Source: Neoconidiobolus thromboides FSU 785 (Eukaryota > Fungi > Entomophthoromycota). From it: a stretch of DNA of 55,976 nucleotides. Shown here piece by piece: positions 10,689 to 24,130 of the stretch. The stretch spans positions 1 to 55,976 of the forward strand of contig MU626394.1 in assembly GCA_025603075.1 (NCBI GenBank), written 5' to 3'. Position numbers and translations under genes: made by a program. The notes below the pieces were generated by a model that searched no databases, had not been told where the DNA came from, and worked only from the letters and a program-made list of their open reading frames with translations. Positions within the stretch are counted from its first letter, which is position 1, and every line of letters begins with the position of its first letter.

Positions 10689-11773
10689 CTACATCAATAA
10701 ATCCCTCTGGCCAAAATGATATGCTACCAAGGTAATTATTGTATTACAATACTTAATATGCTCTTCAATCACTTCGGAACTAAACTTCCGCGTCTAAATA
10801 GATTTCAGTTAATAATAGTTTACAAATGTACTGATGAAGCTAAATAAAAAACTTGTGACAATCATAATATTAAACATACCAAGTCATTATTTCTAAGTTC
10901 AAGGCAGCGTCTGGCTAAATCTCTTAATAAGGCGACGGTGTCTGCCTCCAAGAGGTCATCCAACCTTAGCAATAAAGAATACAACCATTGTGACTAAAAG
11001 AATTAGTATAAATACTACTATCAGTAAGTTATTTACCTGTTCGCTTGATATCAATTCTGGTCCTAAACCACTTGAAAAACTTTCTGAGTTAGCAAAATAT
11101 CTCAATAAAATAATCAAATGGGGATATTTAAGTTGTGCTAAAAGTTTTGGGGTTGGGGTTTTAAACTTGCCATCTGTTTGATTAGTAAAAAATGACTTTT
11201 CTTTTCCTTTTAATGGAAAATCAGTTTCAATCTCATTGGCTTCAAAATTTCTTAAATGATTGTGAAAACTTTCTTTTTGCTGTTTGAATTTGGTTAATAA
11301 ATTACACTGCCATTCTGCATCAATGTTGTCATTCGTTTTAGGCTCACTGTACGAGTTATTGTGTAATAAGCTAACATAATGGCTTATCCTCTTAGATGAT
11401 GCACTTGGTAAAGGTGATGACTCATAAATTATATTTTGTGTTGGTGGTGGTTGTTTTCTGACTACATTTGGAAGCGACTTGGCGTCATTTCTAAACTGAT
11501 TAATAAACAAATAAAAAAGTATTAAAAATCATACCTAACCATCAAAAGATACTCCATTCCGTCAACAGGTGGACCATTAGGATTAGATAGTCTTTCAGCA
11601 ACTGGTAAGCTTGCCTTCATGTTATAACCTGGGGGATTGTCATTATTCTTTTTTTCTTCTTCCAAGGGTATATAATCTCTATCTATTCCTAAAGCCCCTT
11701 CGAGCTCTACTATATCCCTATATTTGCGTTTATTTACTTCCTGTTGATTATTACTTGGCAGTGCTCCTGACAT
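10689..11773 (-). CDS. GEMIN2: Gemin2/SIP1 (SMN-complex) homolog, 4 exons
   Basis: PPVDGMEYLLMVR|NDAKSLP N-motif, QWLYSLLLRLDDLLEADTVALLRDLARRC, C-terminal HFGQRDLLM*. Confidence 0.88.
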
Positions 11774-11960
11774 TTTACAAAATGGTTAATAAACTAGGTT
11801 GAGTTTTTTGGAAAACAAACTTTGAAAATTATTGAATATTTCTAAATTTTCTCCCAGAACAGTAATTCAAAAAGATAAATTACCAATTCAATGAAAAGTT
11901 TGAATATCTATTTTATACTTGATATGATAAAAAAGTTCCAAAATCAAAACCAATTACATA

Positions 11961-12042
11961 CGACAGCTACAGGATTTGAACCTGTGCAGGCAGAGCCTAT
12001 CACATTTCGAGTGTGACTCCTTAACCACTCGGACAAACTGCC
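11961..12042 (-). tRNA. tRNA-Ser(CGA)
   Basis: GGCAGTTTGTCCGAGTGGTTAAGGAG-TCACA CT CGA AA TGTGA-long variable arm-GGTTCAAATCC. 82 nt, acceptor stem pairs. Confidence 0.95.
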
Positions 12043-13323
12043 ATCTTAAGATAAAACTTACTTTATATTAAATAATACTTCGAGTTTAACAGCAACAAAA
12101 TTCTTTGTATTAATGCCAAGATAAGCTATAAGGCCTTTTCACTTAAAATGTCACAAATATTGCAAGACATTTGCGGTGATGATAATAAATTGCAATAGTA
12201 AAAGTTACGTTTTAGAAAATCATCACTAACTCTTAAAGTAAATTCCTAATTGGATAAAATACTGATTCGATTAGTATTTATAGTTGATTTTCCCATTACA
12301 TTGTTAGCTTTTAATCTTTCAAGTGAGTTATTTATACCAAAAAAATACTATCTAACATTTTATTGTTAGTTATTATAAATCAAAATAAATTTTAATTTTA
12401 GTTTACTAAAGCTTTAAAAATTAATATTGGTGTTTTAACTAGTAATGCCACTTCTTTAGGTTTTATAATAATAATTCTGAGACATTTAAAGTGTAAGTGG
12501 AGCTCTAAAAAGTAGAAGGATTTAAGCTTTAGTTTTACTAAAAAAAGGTTTTTAAAAAGTACCATTTTATCAAAAGATAAAGAGCATAGAAAATTGTATC
12601 AAAAACCTGTTCCTTTTAAAAAAAACAATAAAAGTTTTAATCGTTTATTGCAATTTTGTTTTTCTTATTTGTTTTGTATTATTAAAACTTTACTATTACT
12701 CATGAGTTTTTTTTATCTATGGTAACGGATTTATAAAAATAGTTTACAGTTAACAATGTTTATCCTTTTCAAATGAAACTACGCTTTTTACAAAGATTGA
12801 GCATCTCATCTTATCTCATCTTATTTTTTTAAAAAGATTTTCCTATTTTTGCCAACTAAAAATATAGAACCCCTTAGTTTTTTAAAAAAAGCCGAAGTTT
12901 AAAAATACAAAAACTAAAAAATCCTGCTTAAAAGCTGAAGCCCAAAATATTTTAATCTGGGTTAGTTTCGTTTTCTACTAACTGGGTGATAGCTTATAAA
13001 AATAGTTAAAAATTTGATATTAGCTTATTTTATCATTTTTTATGCTAATCAGGTTATCTAATTTATAGAAGCCTATTAAAGAGGCTTTTATTTAATAAAA
13101 CTTTAATAGATGATATACTGTGATAGTAAGACAACACTGATATTCGACTAAAATTAATTAAAAAATGAGTAGCAATTTGAAAATTAGCAATCACTATACT
13201 AAAATGAAGCTCAAAATGAAGTTAGGCCAATAAAATGAAAGTGATCAACAAGCTTGAAAATTAAATTGATCAAACAAAATTGAAATTGAAAAATATTTGT
13301 ATATACTTTTTTTTTAATTCACT

Positions 13324-14939
13324 ATGTTAAGCGGGATCTTAATATTAATATTAAGTTACATAGTTTATAAAGTAGTTTTTTTTTTTTTAAATATCTATAA
13401 TACTAAACGGTTACTTTTTTAGCTCTGGCTTAGTTATTACTATGATAAATTAAACCATATTGCTGGACCATGGTATAGTAAATATACTAATATAATAGAA
13501 ACTTACCATAGACTATGTGGAAAGCAATTCTATTATTATATGAAATTACATGAGATTTATGGCCCGATGGTGAGAGTAGGTAAGTTTTTGTTTTTGTCAT
13601 CTGAGATATGGAATTAATTTTTATCTATAGCACCTAATAGGATATCATTTATAAACTCTGAGGCAGTTCAAGAAATTTACCAAAGTTATAAATATGCAAA
13701 AGGACCAATCTATCAAATATTTACGCCTTTTGGAGATAATCTATTTTCAAGTGGTGATCGTCAATTTCATCAAAAGAGGAAAAAGCTACTACAGAACACC
13801 TTTAACAACAAATCGGTATTAAGTATGGAAACCATGGTTCATGAAAGAGGAGTATTAAAATTGCTTGAAAAGATGCAAAATAGTAAAGAAAAGCAATGTA
13901 ACCTATATCAACAGATACATCTTTTGACTTTTGATATTATTGCAGAATTGACTTTTAATAAAGAGTTTAATACTCTTGAAAAGTTGGATGATCCTATTAT
14001 TCACTGGTTGAAAAGCATAACTATTTATGCAGTGTTGGACGGAATATTTGGAATCTATAGATTTATTGAACCAAAGTGTAAAAGAAACTTGAAGGAGTTT
14101 ATTTTAGGTTGTATTTCAGATACTAAAAAAGAAAATATAAAAGAAGGAAATACCATTTTAACACATTTTATAAATGCTAGAGATGACAATGGTGTCGGAC
14201 TAACTGATCAACAATTGCTGGCCGAATGCTTAACACAATTAATTGCTGGTTCAGACACAACTTGTAATTCTATAATTTGGACAATTTATCTAATTTTGAA
14301 ATCTCCAGATGCGTATAAAAAGATACAGTCGGAAATCGACAAAAATTTCAAATCTGTAGATGATGTTAATTATTTGGACTGTAAAAATAAATTAGTATAT
14401 ATGGAAGCTGTTATTCAAGAGGCTATGCGATTGTTCCCTGTTTCTTCTGGTTTATTAGCTAGAACTGTCCCTCCTGGAGGTGTCTCCATCAATGATACTT
14501 TTATACCTGAAAACGTAATTTTTTATACCTTATAACACCACATAAGATCTAACATTTAAATTTAATAGGTTGAAATTGGTACATGCTTTTATGTTTACCA
14601 TCGCACAAACCAATTTAAAAATCCTGAAGAATTTATACCAGAAAGATGGCTAAATGAGGAAGGAATTTTAAATCGTGGTAAAAGTCTGCCATTTTTAATT
14701 GGACCAAGAGCGTGTATTGGTAGAGAGTAATGATTTATTAATTATATTTAGACACTAAATATTAATGTTTTATTAGGTTAGGATGGATGGAGATGTATCT
14801 GATCATAACAAGCTTATTTTTAACGTTTGATATGCAATTAGATAAATCAAAAGATATAGAAAAGTTAATGCAACCAGAATATTTCCTTGTACTTCGTCCC
14901 AAGTATTCTGACCTCCCTATTATTTTTAATAAAAGATAA
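13324..14939 (+). CDS. Cytochrome P450 (5 exons)
   Basis: N-terminal TM anchor, I-helix AGSDTT, EAMR (ExxR), PERW, heme motif PFLIGPRACIGRE spanning the last intron. Confidence 0.93.
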
Positions 14940-16154
14940 ATTACAGCTTTTGTTATAGCTGAAGTGTCTTGAATATCCTCGATGAATTTCGATGTTCTAT
15001 TTTTTAAAAACTAACTTAATAAAAGGCGTATTTGTTTTCTCAATTTTTACTTTGTAATTAAATACTCCTTTATTTTTCCATTTTTTAAGTATAATTCAGT
15101 TAAAAATTGTTATAAGGAATTGTAAACAAAAAAGCCATAGCCATATAGAATATTGTAATAAAATATTAAGATAGTTTGAATAAACAACTCAATTCTCTTA
15201 ATTTTCGGAAACCATCAATAAATCTTTTTTACTGTTTGTATTTCTTATAAAAATCACTTACTGTTTATTTTGCAAACGGTTTTTGTTCTACCTATTCTAC
15301 TCTTTTTGAGTTCACTTAAACTCAGTGTTATGGTTCAACATATTTTTCTAAGTAAAAACTACTATTAAATGGGTTTGTCTAAAACGTATTTTTAAGCTAA
15401 GGTATTTGTCATAAACCTGTGAGTCATTAAATTAACTTTAATATTAGAAAATACACTACCTTAGTCTTACTAATATTCAGTATCCTCATGAACAAAAACT
15501 CTATAGTACCTCACTCTAATCGTTATATGCTTGCCCATTTCGAACTTTTTTCCACATTTTTTTCAATAAATTATTTGCTTGGTGAAAGATTAGTGATGAC
15601 ATTTTAATTTTGTTAAGTTCCGTCGTTTTAGTTACCCATAAATACACTTAAAATCTTTCTTCTAATTTTGAACCATATGATGCAAATGCACTGACTGGCC
15701 TTTGTGATAAGGAAATGAAAGAATCAACCTCAATATTACTAGATTTATATCATTTCCGGAATTGATAGCAATTGTTGAAATTAAAGTTTTTAAAATTAAA
15801 TAATTAATTATTACCTGATATAGTACATTAATGAAAGTATCTATATTAGGATACAATTTGGAAAATAAATTTTATTTTTGTAAAACAAACACAAATTATG
15901 AAATTTATTAATTTATTTTATGTGAGCTCTAAAAATTGATGGTAAGCAAATGTTCTATGAATTATTGAATTTAAAACTAACTTACTTTCATACTTTTTAA
16001 CATACATAATATCCTTCTAATACAGTAAAATATTTAATTGGATTGATTACAATATTTATTAAAAAATTGCTTTGGCTTAAATCCTAGTTTCTCTATATAC
16101 TATAAACTTTATAAAATAAAAAATACCTTATATATTAACTATACTTTGAGTTGT

Positions 16155-17180
16155 TTATTGAGAATAAGGTTGATTTGGTAAAAATTTGGACAAAGTAATC
16201 GCAAGATTCAAATAATAGCAATTACTCATTGAAAGCAACGAACGGGAGTGCTGTTGATTTACATAAGTAAAGAGGTTGTTTAATCTTTGCAAATAGAAAG
16301 CAAAATAAGAAGGATATCTTTCTTTTATTTTTTCTACATAATTCAAAGCTAATAATGCTAACATCAATAGCGTTGTTCTATAGCTCGGGTCATTTCTATT
16401 TTGTTTAAGGAACTCTATCTCACTTTCAGTAATTGTGGATACTATCATTTTATCTTCTATCATACTGAAATTATCCACCAATATGATATCTAAAGTAGTT
16501 AGATCACTATTTAAATCATTAAAGCCATCATTTCCTTGAGGAAATTGAGTAGAAGAAGTTATATCTGATGATGTATTCATTAAAAAAGTCGTTAGGTTGG
16601 TATTATCATGAGATAAAGTATCTTTTATATTGTTATACTTAACTTTAAGCTCTTTTTTTTTAGTTGTACTCTTAATTGATTTATTGGGTCGTACTTTGAA
16701 TTGAAGCCCATCTTTATAGTTTATGTTCTCTTTAGTGGTAAATTTATTTATCAATTGGTCATTATAAATAGGGGATATCTCTTCCACAAATTTGTTGGAA
16801 TCTGGCATATGGTACTTTTCTTCTTTAAATCGAACAGAAATCGGTTTGTTAAAACTTTTTGATCTATTCATAGTTGAGCCCATGACTATTTTTCGTGAAG
16901 GTACTTTTAGTTCTGTATCCTCATCTTTCACTTCTTGGCTTTTGTATGATGTTTCTTTGTATGTCACTTTATTATGTTTGATATTTCTTTTTTCTTTACT
17001 TTCATTACTAGTTGAGCTTGGATTTTGATGTTTGAATATATATTTATCCAGCCTAAGGATATTACTATTACTTGACTGAAACTCCATCTTTGGTTTTTCT
17101 AAAGATTCCTTCCTTTTAATGTTATCGTTGTTCTTTCCTTCTTCGCTAGATGTAAATTTTATTAAATCTTTAGAAGTCAT
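16155..17180 (-). CDS. Hypothetical protein (~341 aa; low-complexity N-half, helical C-terminal region)
   Basis: Long ORF. The track's start at 17246 is TTG and the first ATG is at 17180. No recognisable motif. Further 3' exons are possible. Confidence 0.6.
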   Translation of the reverse strand: MTSKDLIKFTSSEEGKNNDNIKRKESLEKPKMEFQSSNSNILRLDKYIFKHQNPSSTSNESKEKRNIKHNKVTYKETSYKSQEVKDEDTELKVPSRKIVMGSTMNRSKSFNKPISVRFKEEKYHMPDSNKFVEEISPIYNDQLINKFTTKENINYKDGLQFKVRPNKSIKSTTKKKELKVKYNNIKDTLSHDNTNLTTFLMNTSSDITSSTQFPQGNDGFNDLNSDLTTLDIILVDNFSMIEDKMIVSTITESEIEFLKQNRNDPSYRTTLLMLALLALNYVEKIKERYPSYFAFYLQRLNNLFTYVNQQHSRSLLSMSNCYYLNLAITLSKFLPNQPYSQ

Positions 17181-19198
17181 AAAGAATTCAAAGGATAAAA
17201 AAACAGATGATACTATGTTATTTGTAATTTCAATTTTATTGCTCAAATTATGCCTATTTAAAGATTAAAGAATAGAAACTTTATTTTACTTTAATTTCTT
17301 TATTTAGTAGAACCATAGGCTTTAACAAATAATTAAATAACAATTTATTGAAATAATTCTAATAGTTTAAAAGAATTAAATATTTTATGTGTCATAATAA
17401 AATGAAATAAAATAAAATCTTGTCTGTATTATGAGTTTTATTGTTTTGCATTTATATTTGTTAAATTAATTAAAACAGCTTTGGTAGGTTTGCATTTACT
17501 GCGATCTAAAGTATAGAAAGGAAATAACTGTACTATGAAGCCCAAAGTAAGCATTCTGCTATAATTCTATTTGATCTTGAATTATGACATTGAAATACAA
17601 AGGTGAGTTAATTAAAATAATGAATTATTTCGATGTGCTTATAATATTGAAACAAACCAGCTATTTCTGGGATTCATGCCAAAAATTATCTAAATACTTG
17701 GAATGATTGAGATACTGAACTATGATTAATATTACTTTTTCTCGTTTAGGATACTCCCATTATTAATTTGATTAAAGAGTATCAAAATTAAAATCTACTC
17801 AAATTTAAGAACAGTCCCATTAATCATTTATTACTCAAATGATTGTGACCGAGAATAAAGTTTATGTTGAATTTAACTTAATTTACTATACATTGTTGTA
17901 CATGATCGTATTTGATTATAGATAGTTTCCAAATTATTAATAATACCCTTGTGATATAGTTACAATGACATTATAACATTTATCGTTATTTTTTTTATTG
18001 CTATTTATTCTTAAAGTTAAAAATAGTGTTAAATAATATAATTTGAACACTTTGAAAAAAAGCTTAAATTCATTATGCTTTATTTTAATATATCAATTTC
18101 ATATGATTTATGTTAAAGTTAACATATTGTAAATTTACATTATTGATTACTAATAATATAGATAAAGTTTGATAAGGGCTATGTTCCTTGATGATATAAT
18201 ATATAGGTTAAAATTCGATACATTATGATGAGTTGACGTTTATCTAATATGATGCTTTAAGAATAAAACAAATAATTTATAGGCCAACAATCTTTATTGT
18301 AATACTGATACAAGCAATGAATAGTTAAGTTTTAATTTTTAATATGTTTCACAAAAAATTAAATTCTTAACACTGAAACTTAAATTATATTATACAAAAT
18401 CAACTAGTTTTTGAATCCGAGTATATCTGAACTATAGAGTATATTGTACTAGAATATTGATAGATTGATTGAAGAACCAAATTAGACGACATTTTGCTTT
18501 TTTGTTTGTTATATTATTAACATGATATTATTAAAGAGGATGAAAATGGTGATATTTTTTTATCTGTATCTTTAATTTGCAGAGAAAGAGCTTAAAAAAA
18601 TATTGAATACCTAGTAAGTTGGCTTATTGTCGAAACTAATGCCATAACTAATGCCATAATTAAATTTAATAAAGTTTTAATAACAGTTAGTTTAAATTCA
18701 AATGTCGGTTTCTTTAAAATGGAAATATTCTTAATTTAGTAATATTTATAGCGAACATTTGTTTTTGGTTTAATGTTAATTCGCTCAATAATAGTCTTTA
18801 TAATTCATTGTCGATCTATTTATAAGTAAAAGAGTAAAAATGATAATGAATTAAAGAAATTTGATAGAGAGATTAAGTTCTAGTTTTTAAATAAACTTCA
18901 AAGAGAGTCCTTACTAGATCTAATTTTTAATAAAAAATATAAAATATAAAATATAAAATATAAAACATAAAATAAAATAGTTTCTAATTTTTCAGGGTAA
19001 TCTCAAAATTAACTTGATACTCCGATTAAATTTTTAGAGTAATACAGCCGTTTCAACATTGGGAATTATTATTTATTGATTTAAGGTGAAATTTAATACT
19101 AAAATTTGTTAATGCATAAGGATTGAACTCCAAATAAATATTTAAGTAACAAACTGTAAAAATTACTAATAAGTAGTTTATAAAAATATTGAAATGGC

Positions 19199-19368
19199 TG
19201 TAAGCAAGGTTTTTATTAGGTGAACAAACTTAGGTTCTTTTATAGAAAACCTTGAAGGAGTCAGAGACTCCTGAGTATCTTATTATTAGGAGAAAGTTAA
19301 AAGTGGAACAAGTAACTAATAGGATAGGATGATGGGAAGGAAGGGGGATCAAGAGAAAACAAATCACA
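19199..19368 (-). mobile_element. Putative solo LTR (~170 bp)
   Basis: On the minus strand: TGTGATT start, CTTACA end, CTATAAAAG TATA box, then AATAAA just before the end. No TSD found. Confidence 0.4.
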
Positions 19369-20659
19369 CAGATAGAGGGAAATACTCTAATTCAATTTTA
19401 GCTTTATTTTTCAATTCAATTTATTAGCTTAAACGTAATGAATTGATTTGGTTTAATTTAATATTACTTTACTTTAATGTAATGCAGAAAAATACTAAAC
19501 TTTGTGGGCTGATAGGTTATACCGAGCACAGTTATCTTTTCATTTAAAACACTTCCTATTTCAGGTAAACTTTCTATTCCATTATGTTATACCAATGATT
19601 TCTAATTTAATCTATTGAAACAAAGGGAATGTTACGATTTAAAGCCAAATACCCCACCAAATTACTATACTTGTATAAAATTATAGATACTAAATAAACC
19701 AAAAGCTCGGTATAAAAATGCAAAGTGTTTTAGTATCATTTTCTAATACTGCTAAACATTTGAATAACGGAATATTTTATTTTAATTCCGAAATTAGGAT
19801 TAGCTAAACTTATGCATTTAAACTTCGATATGAATTATGCAATAATTTGGATAATGCAGCATTATGCTCATTTGGTTGGAATTAATAAATCGATCAACTA
19901 GTGAAAGTATATTATTATAATAGCTTATATCTTTTGAAAGCAACCTTAAAATAAGACTGATTTTTAGCCATCTCATGCCTATTAAAGTTATTCTCTATTT
20001 TATTTACTGGAGACAGTTTAGATTATTTCTTTTCAGTATATCTCAGTTTGCTTTTACTCAAAATACAGTAGATTACGTTTTATCAATTATGTATATTCTT
20101 ATTGTAAAAATTCGATAGTCACATTCCAAAATAAAATCACTGGTATATATTTACAAAAAAGTTGCTTAAACCAGAATATCTGAATCATTAAAATTATAAA
20201 GGCTTTTTTAATATTATAGGGTCCTTTTAGGTTCTCTTATATAAAATTAGCAATAAGTACTTATTAAAGCCTAAATATTAAAAAAATACTAATCATTGGG
20301 CAAATGGTTTGAGTTCTCTCTCACATTAGTTCACAAGTTCAATTTACTTTTAATTAGATTTTAAAAAACTGATATCATATTAGCTTTTAAGTTCAAATAT
20401 ATTAAAAAACTATTTATTTAAGACTATTGATTAAAAAAAATTATTAGCTAAATTTTAATTATAGCTATTTTGGGTTTTTTTATTTTACAATCATTTATTA
20501 AAAAAGATTATTTTCATGTTATAAAAACTATATTAAAAACTCTATTTAAAATATTAGTCCTATTTTTATGTTCAGATTATAAAATGAAAAAACTCAGAAT
20601 CACACTAAAAAGTCTTCAAGTTTTTGAAATTAGTTATCTTTTTAATCTCAAAAAAAAGA

Positions 20660-21324
20660 ATGACTACTCAAGAACCTAAAAAAGTAGATTTTTATAAAGA
20701 TGCAGATACCTATTGGAATGTAAGTACACTTTTTTAATCAATTATTAAATTTTTAAAAGAATAACTAAATCGTATTTCATTAATAGAGTGTAGATACCAG
20801 TATTGATGGCATGTTAGGCGGATTCAGTGAATTAGATGCACCAGATGTGAAACAAAGTTTACAATTACTTACCGAAATCAATTTAAAGGATAAAATCAGA
20901 GCATTAGATTGTGGTGCGGGGATAGGGAGAGTGAGTAAAAATGTATTGAGTAAAGTATTTGAGAAAGTAGATTTATTAGAACAGAATAAAAAATTGATAA
21001 TAAGAGCTAAAGAAGAGTTAGGAGAAAAAGAAGGGTTTGAAGAATTTTTTAATATTGGTATGCAAGAATTTACACCTGGAGAAAAAAAATATGATTGTAT
21101 TTGGATTCAATGGGTTATTGGACATTTGACAGATGGTAAGTTTTAATGAGATGAAGAGGGATAGAATGTTTATTGATATTTTGTTTACTTAGATGATTTA
21201 GTTAGCTTTTTTGAAAGGTGTAAAAAAGGACTAAAAGATAATGGATACATTGTAATTAAGGATAATATATCTAAGTTTGGTTATGTAATGGATGAAGTAG
21301 ACTCAAGTTTTACAAGGTAAATTC

Positions 21325-21385
<61 letters not shown>

Positions 21386-21564
21386 TAAATAGATCTGATG
21401 AAATTTTTAAAACAATATTTAAAAAGTCTGATTTAAAATTGATCAAAGAAAAAATTCAAACTGGGTTTCCAGCTGGTATGTTTCAAGTTAAAATGTAAAT
21501 TTAAATATTCTAGTTATATTCTTTATTTTAAATTTTATAAAACAGGTACGTTCTTCAACCATGA
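20660..21564 (+). CDS. NTM1: Alpha N-terminal protein methyltransferase (NTMT1/Tae1), spliced
   Basis: GMLGGF, ALDCGAGIGRVSK, YDCIWIQWVIGHLTD, IKDN, DSSFTR, MYVLQP*. Confidence 0.93.
21325..21384. repeat. (AAT)20 microsatellite inside an NTM1 intron
   Basis: Perfect AAT run read directly. Confidence 0.95.
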
Positions 21565-21602
21565 TCTTAAATATAGAAATAAAATGCTTTATATTATTGA
21601 TA

Positions 21603-21982
21603 TTATTGACTCGGAATTTCATCTTTATCTTTATCTCCTTTTATTTCATTTATTGTTTTATTACTCTCTTTCTTCTTGTTTTTATTATCCTCCGCAAAGC
21701 CTAAATTATCAAAGTCATCTTTTTTCATCAATTCACTTCAATAAGATACTAATTAACATATCTAAAAATAAAAAATAGATCAACTTACTTATTCATTCTA
21801 CATTCTAGATGTTGTTTTGCTAATTCTCTACAATTCATAGTTTCATTTTTATTTTTTTTTAAGCAAGATAAATAATTCTTCATAGATTCATAACACTGTT
21901 TATCATGATCTAAAGGGAAACTACCTCTATCTGGTGGCGTGGGTTTAAAACTACTGAAATTAGGTGGTTGACCAAAACTCAT
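21603..21982 (-). CDS. COX19: Cytochrome c oxidase assembly protein Cox19 (twin CX9C), 2 exons
   Basis: PTPPDRGSFPLDHDKQC-x9-C...C-x9-CRMN|NELMKKDDFDNLGF. Confidence 0.93.
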
Positions 21983-22155
21983 TATTGAGATTGAAATTGA
22001 AATTAAAAAAATGAAGTGAAGGAAAATTGAGTAAAGATTTTATTGGTAGAAGTTTTGGAGAAAGTTTTATTGGTGAATTGAAAATAAAATTAAGAATTCG
22101 TTTTATAAAAATTAAAAATAATCAAATTCTTTTATTTTACTCAATATAATAAAAC

Positions 22156-23681
22156 ATGGCTCATCAATCATTAATAATAAAAAATCAAAATGAACAAAGT
22201 TTAATTAAAAAACATGATAATGATATTAAAGTAAATTTCAATAATATTCCCTCTATAACAATATTACTTACAATTCAATTATATCAATAAATAGATAAAA
22301 AGGAGTAGTCGTTTAGAACAACCTATTATTCATTTAGTTGGTGGTCATGAAGAAAAGGAAATATTTTGTGCTCAATTTAACTCAACTGGAAATATTATAG
22401 CTTCTGCTGGATTTGACAAAAATATTGGTAAATAAATATATAATAATTATTACTTTCAGTAATAAATTGTATTAATTATACTAATTTCTTAGTATTATGG
22501 AATGTTTATGGTGAAATTAGTAACTATGGTAAACTAAGTGGTCATAAAGGGGCTATTTTAGATTTACAATGGTCAGCAGATAATAGGTAATATACTTTTT
22601 GTTTCAATTTATTTCTTTATTTATTTATGTTATTATTCTATTTCTCTATTATACTATGATTTGACTTTTATATTAATTTATTTTTATAGTAAAATAATTA
22701 CAGGTAGTAGTGATAAAACAGTAGGAGTATTTGATATAGAAAGTGGTAGTTTGATAAAAAGATTTAAAGGACATCAATCAGTAGTTAATTCTATATCATT
22801 TATCAATAAATTCTCAACGGATGGTATTATTGCTTCAGTTTCAGACGACCATCATTTAAAAGTAAGTTAATTTAATTGATTTTTACAGTTAATTTTGATT
22901 AATATTTAATAATTTATTTTTAGATATGGGATTTAAGACAAAAAGAAGCTATTTACGATTTAGATTTAGAATTACCATTAACTTCTGTTAAATTTTCAAA
23001 AACCGGAGATTCTCTATTTATTGCTTCATTTGATGAAAGTATTAAAGTAAGTTTTGTTTATGATCATTTATTTGAAATGTAATTAGATTGTTAATTTTAT
23101 AATTTTATAATTTTATTTTTAATATTATATTAGGTATTAGATTTTACTACTAAAAAAATCAATTATGAATTAATTGGTCATGAAGAAGCAGTTACCGGTA
23201 TGGATATTTCTAATGATGGTAATATGTTACTATCATATTCAATGGATAATACTTGTAAGTCTATTAATTTGTTTTATTAATTTAATATTAATTTTAAAAT
23301 ATAAATTATATAATTCATTTTAATATAGTAAGATTATGGGATATCAAACCATTTTCAGTAAATGAAGATCGAAATTTAATCATTTTTGAAGGTAAATTAA
23401 TTATAATATATAGATTTAAATAATAATATTAAAAACATTTATTAGGTGTCCCTCATGGCTTTGAAAAAAATTTAATTAAACCTAGTTTTGATCGAGAAGA
23501 TAAAATGATAGCTACCGGATGTGGAGATCGTACAGTGATGGTATTTAATATTAATAAAAAAGAATTAATATATAAATTACCTGGTCATAATGGTACGGTT
23601 AATCAAGTTCACTTCTCGCCTATTGATAATGTCATCTTATCTGCTTCTTCAGATTCTTCTTTATTTTTAGGAGAATTGTGA
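22156..23681 (+). CDS. SNRNP40: U5 snRNP 40-kDa WD40 protein, multi-exon
   Basis: LEQPIIHLVGGHEEKEIFCAQFNSTG..IASAGFDKNI|LLWNVYGE, FEG|VPHGFEKNLIK, YKLPGHNGTVNQV, C-terminal LFLGEL*. Confidence 0.88.
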
Positions 23682-24031
23682 GTAACTTCTGATCAGGTGA
23701 TAAACCTTCAATTTATCTATTTTCAAAATAAATATATTCAGTTTGTTTACTGGATTGCATAACTTTTATATACTCTCTTATAAAAAAATAGGTATTAATA
23801 AATAGACCAAATGTTTAGAACGGTATATAATTTGATTATGTACATAATTTTACATTTTTGCATTTTTAAAACATTCATAAATAAATAATAATTTATAATA
23901 TACAAAAAAATCCTAATATTTGACTGCTTTATAATATCTCTAAAAAAAGTAACAAATTCAATAAATAAACTATTAAGTAGAGTGTTAAATGGTGAGAGCT
24001 TATCTTTACATAAGAAAATCTCTCACTATAT

Positions 24032-24130
24032 GGGAGTATCTTTTTTGACTTTATTATTTTTTCCATTTTTTAAGTGCTATTTAAGCGGAAATTTTGTTAG
24101 TAAGATTCTTAAATACAAAAATACATCCCC
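24032..24130 (+). mobile_element. ~98-bp MITE-like repeat, copy 6, flanked by ATAT/ATAT
   Basis: GGGAGTATC...AAGTGCTATTTAAGCGGAAATTTTGTTAGTAAGATTCTTAAATACAAAAATACATCCCC with an ATAT direct repeat. Confidence 0.85.

Noticed and set aside
17430-17900. Series of GT...AG-like signals suggesting a small spliced gene
   Set aside because: Could not assemble a convincing open spliced frame.
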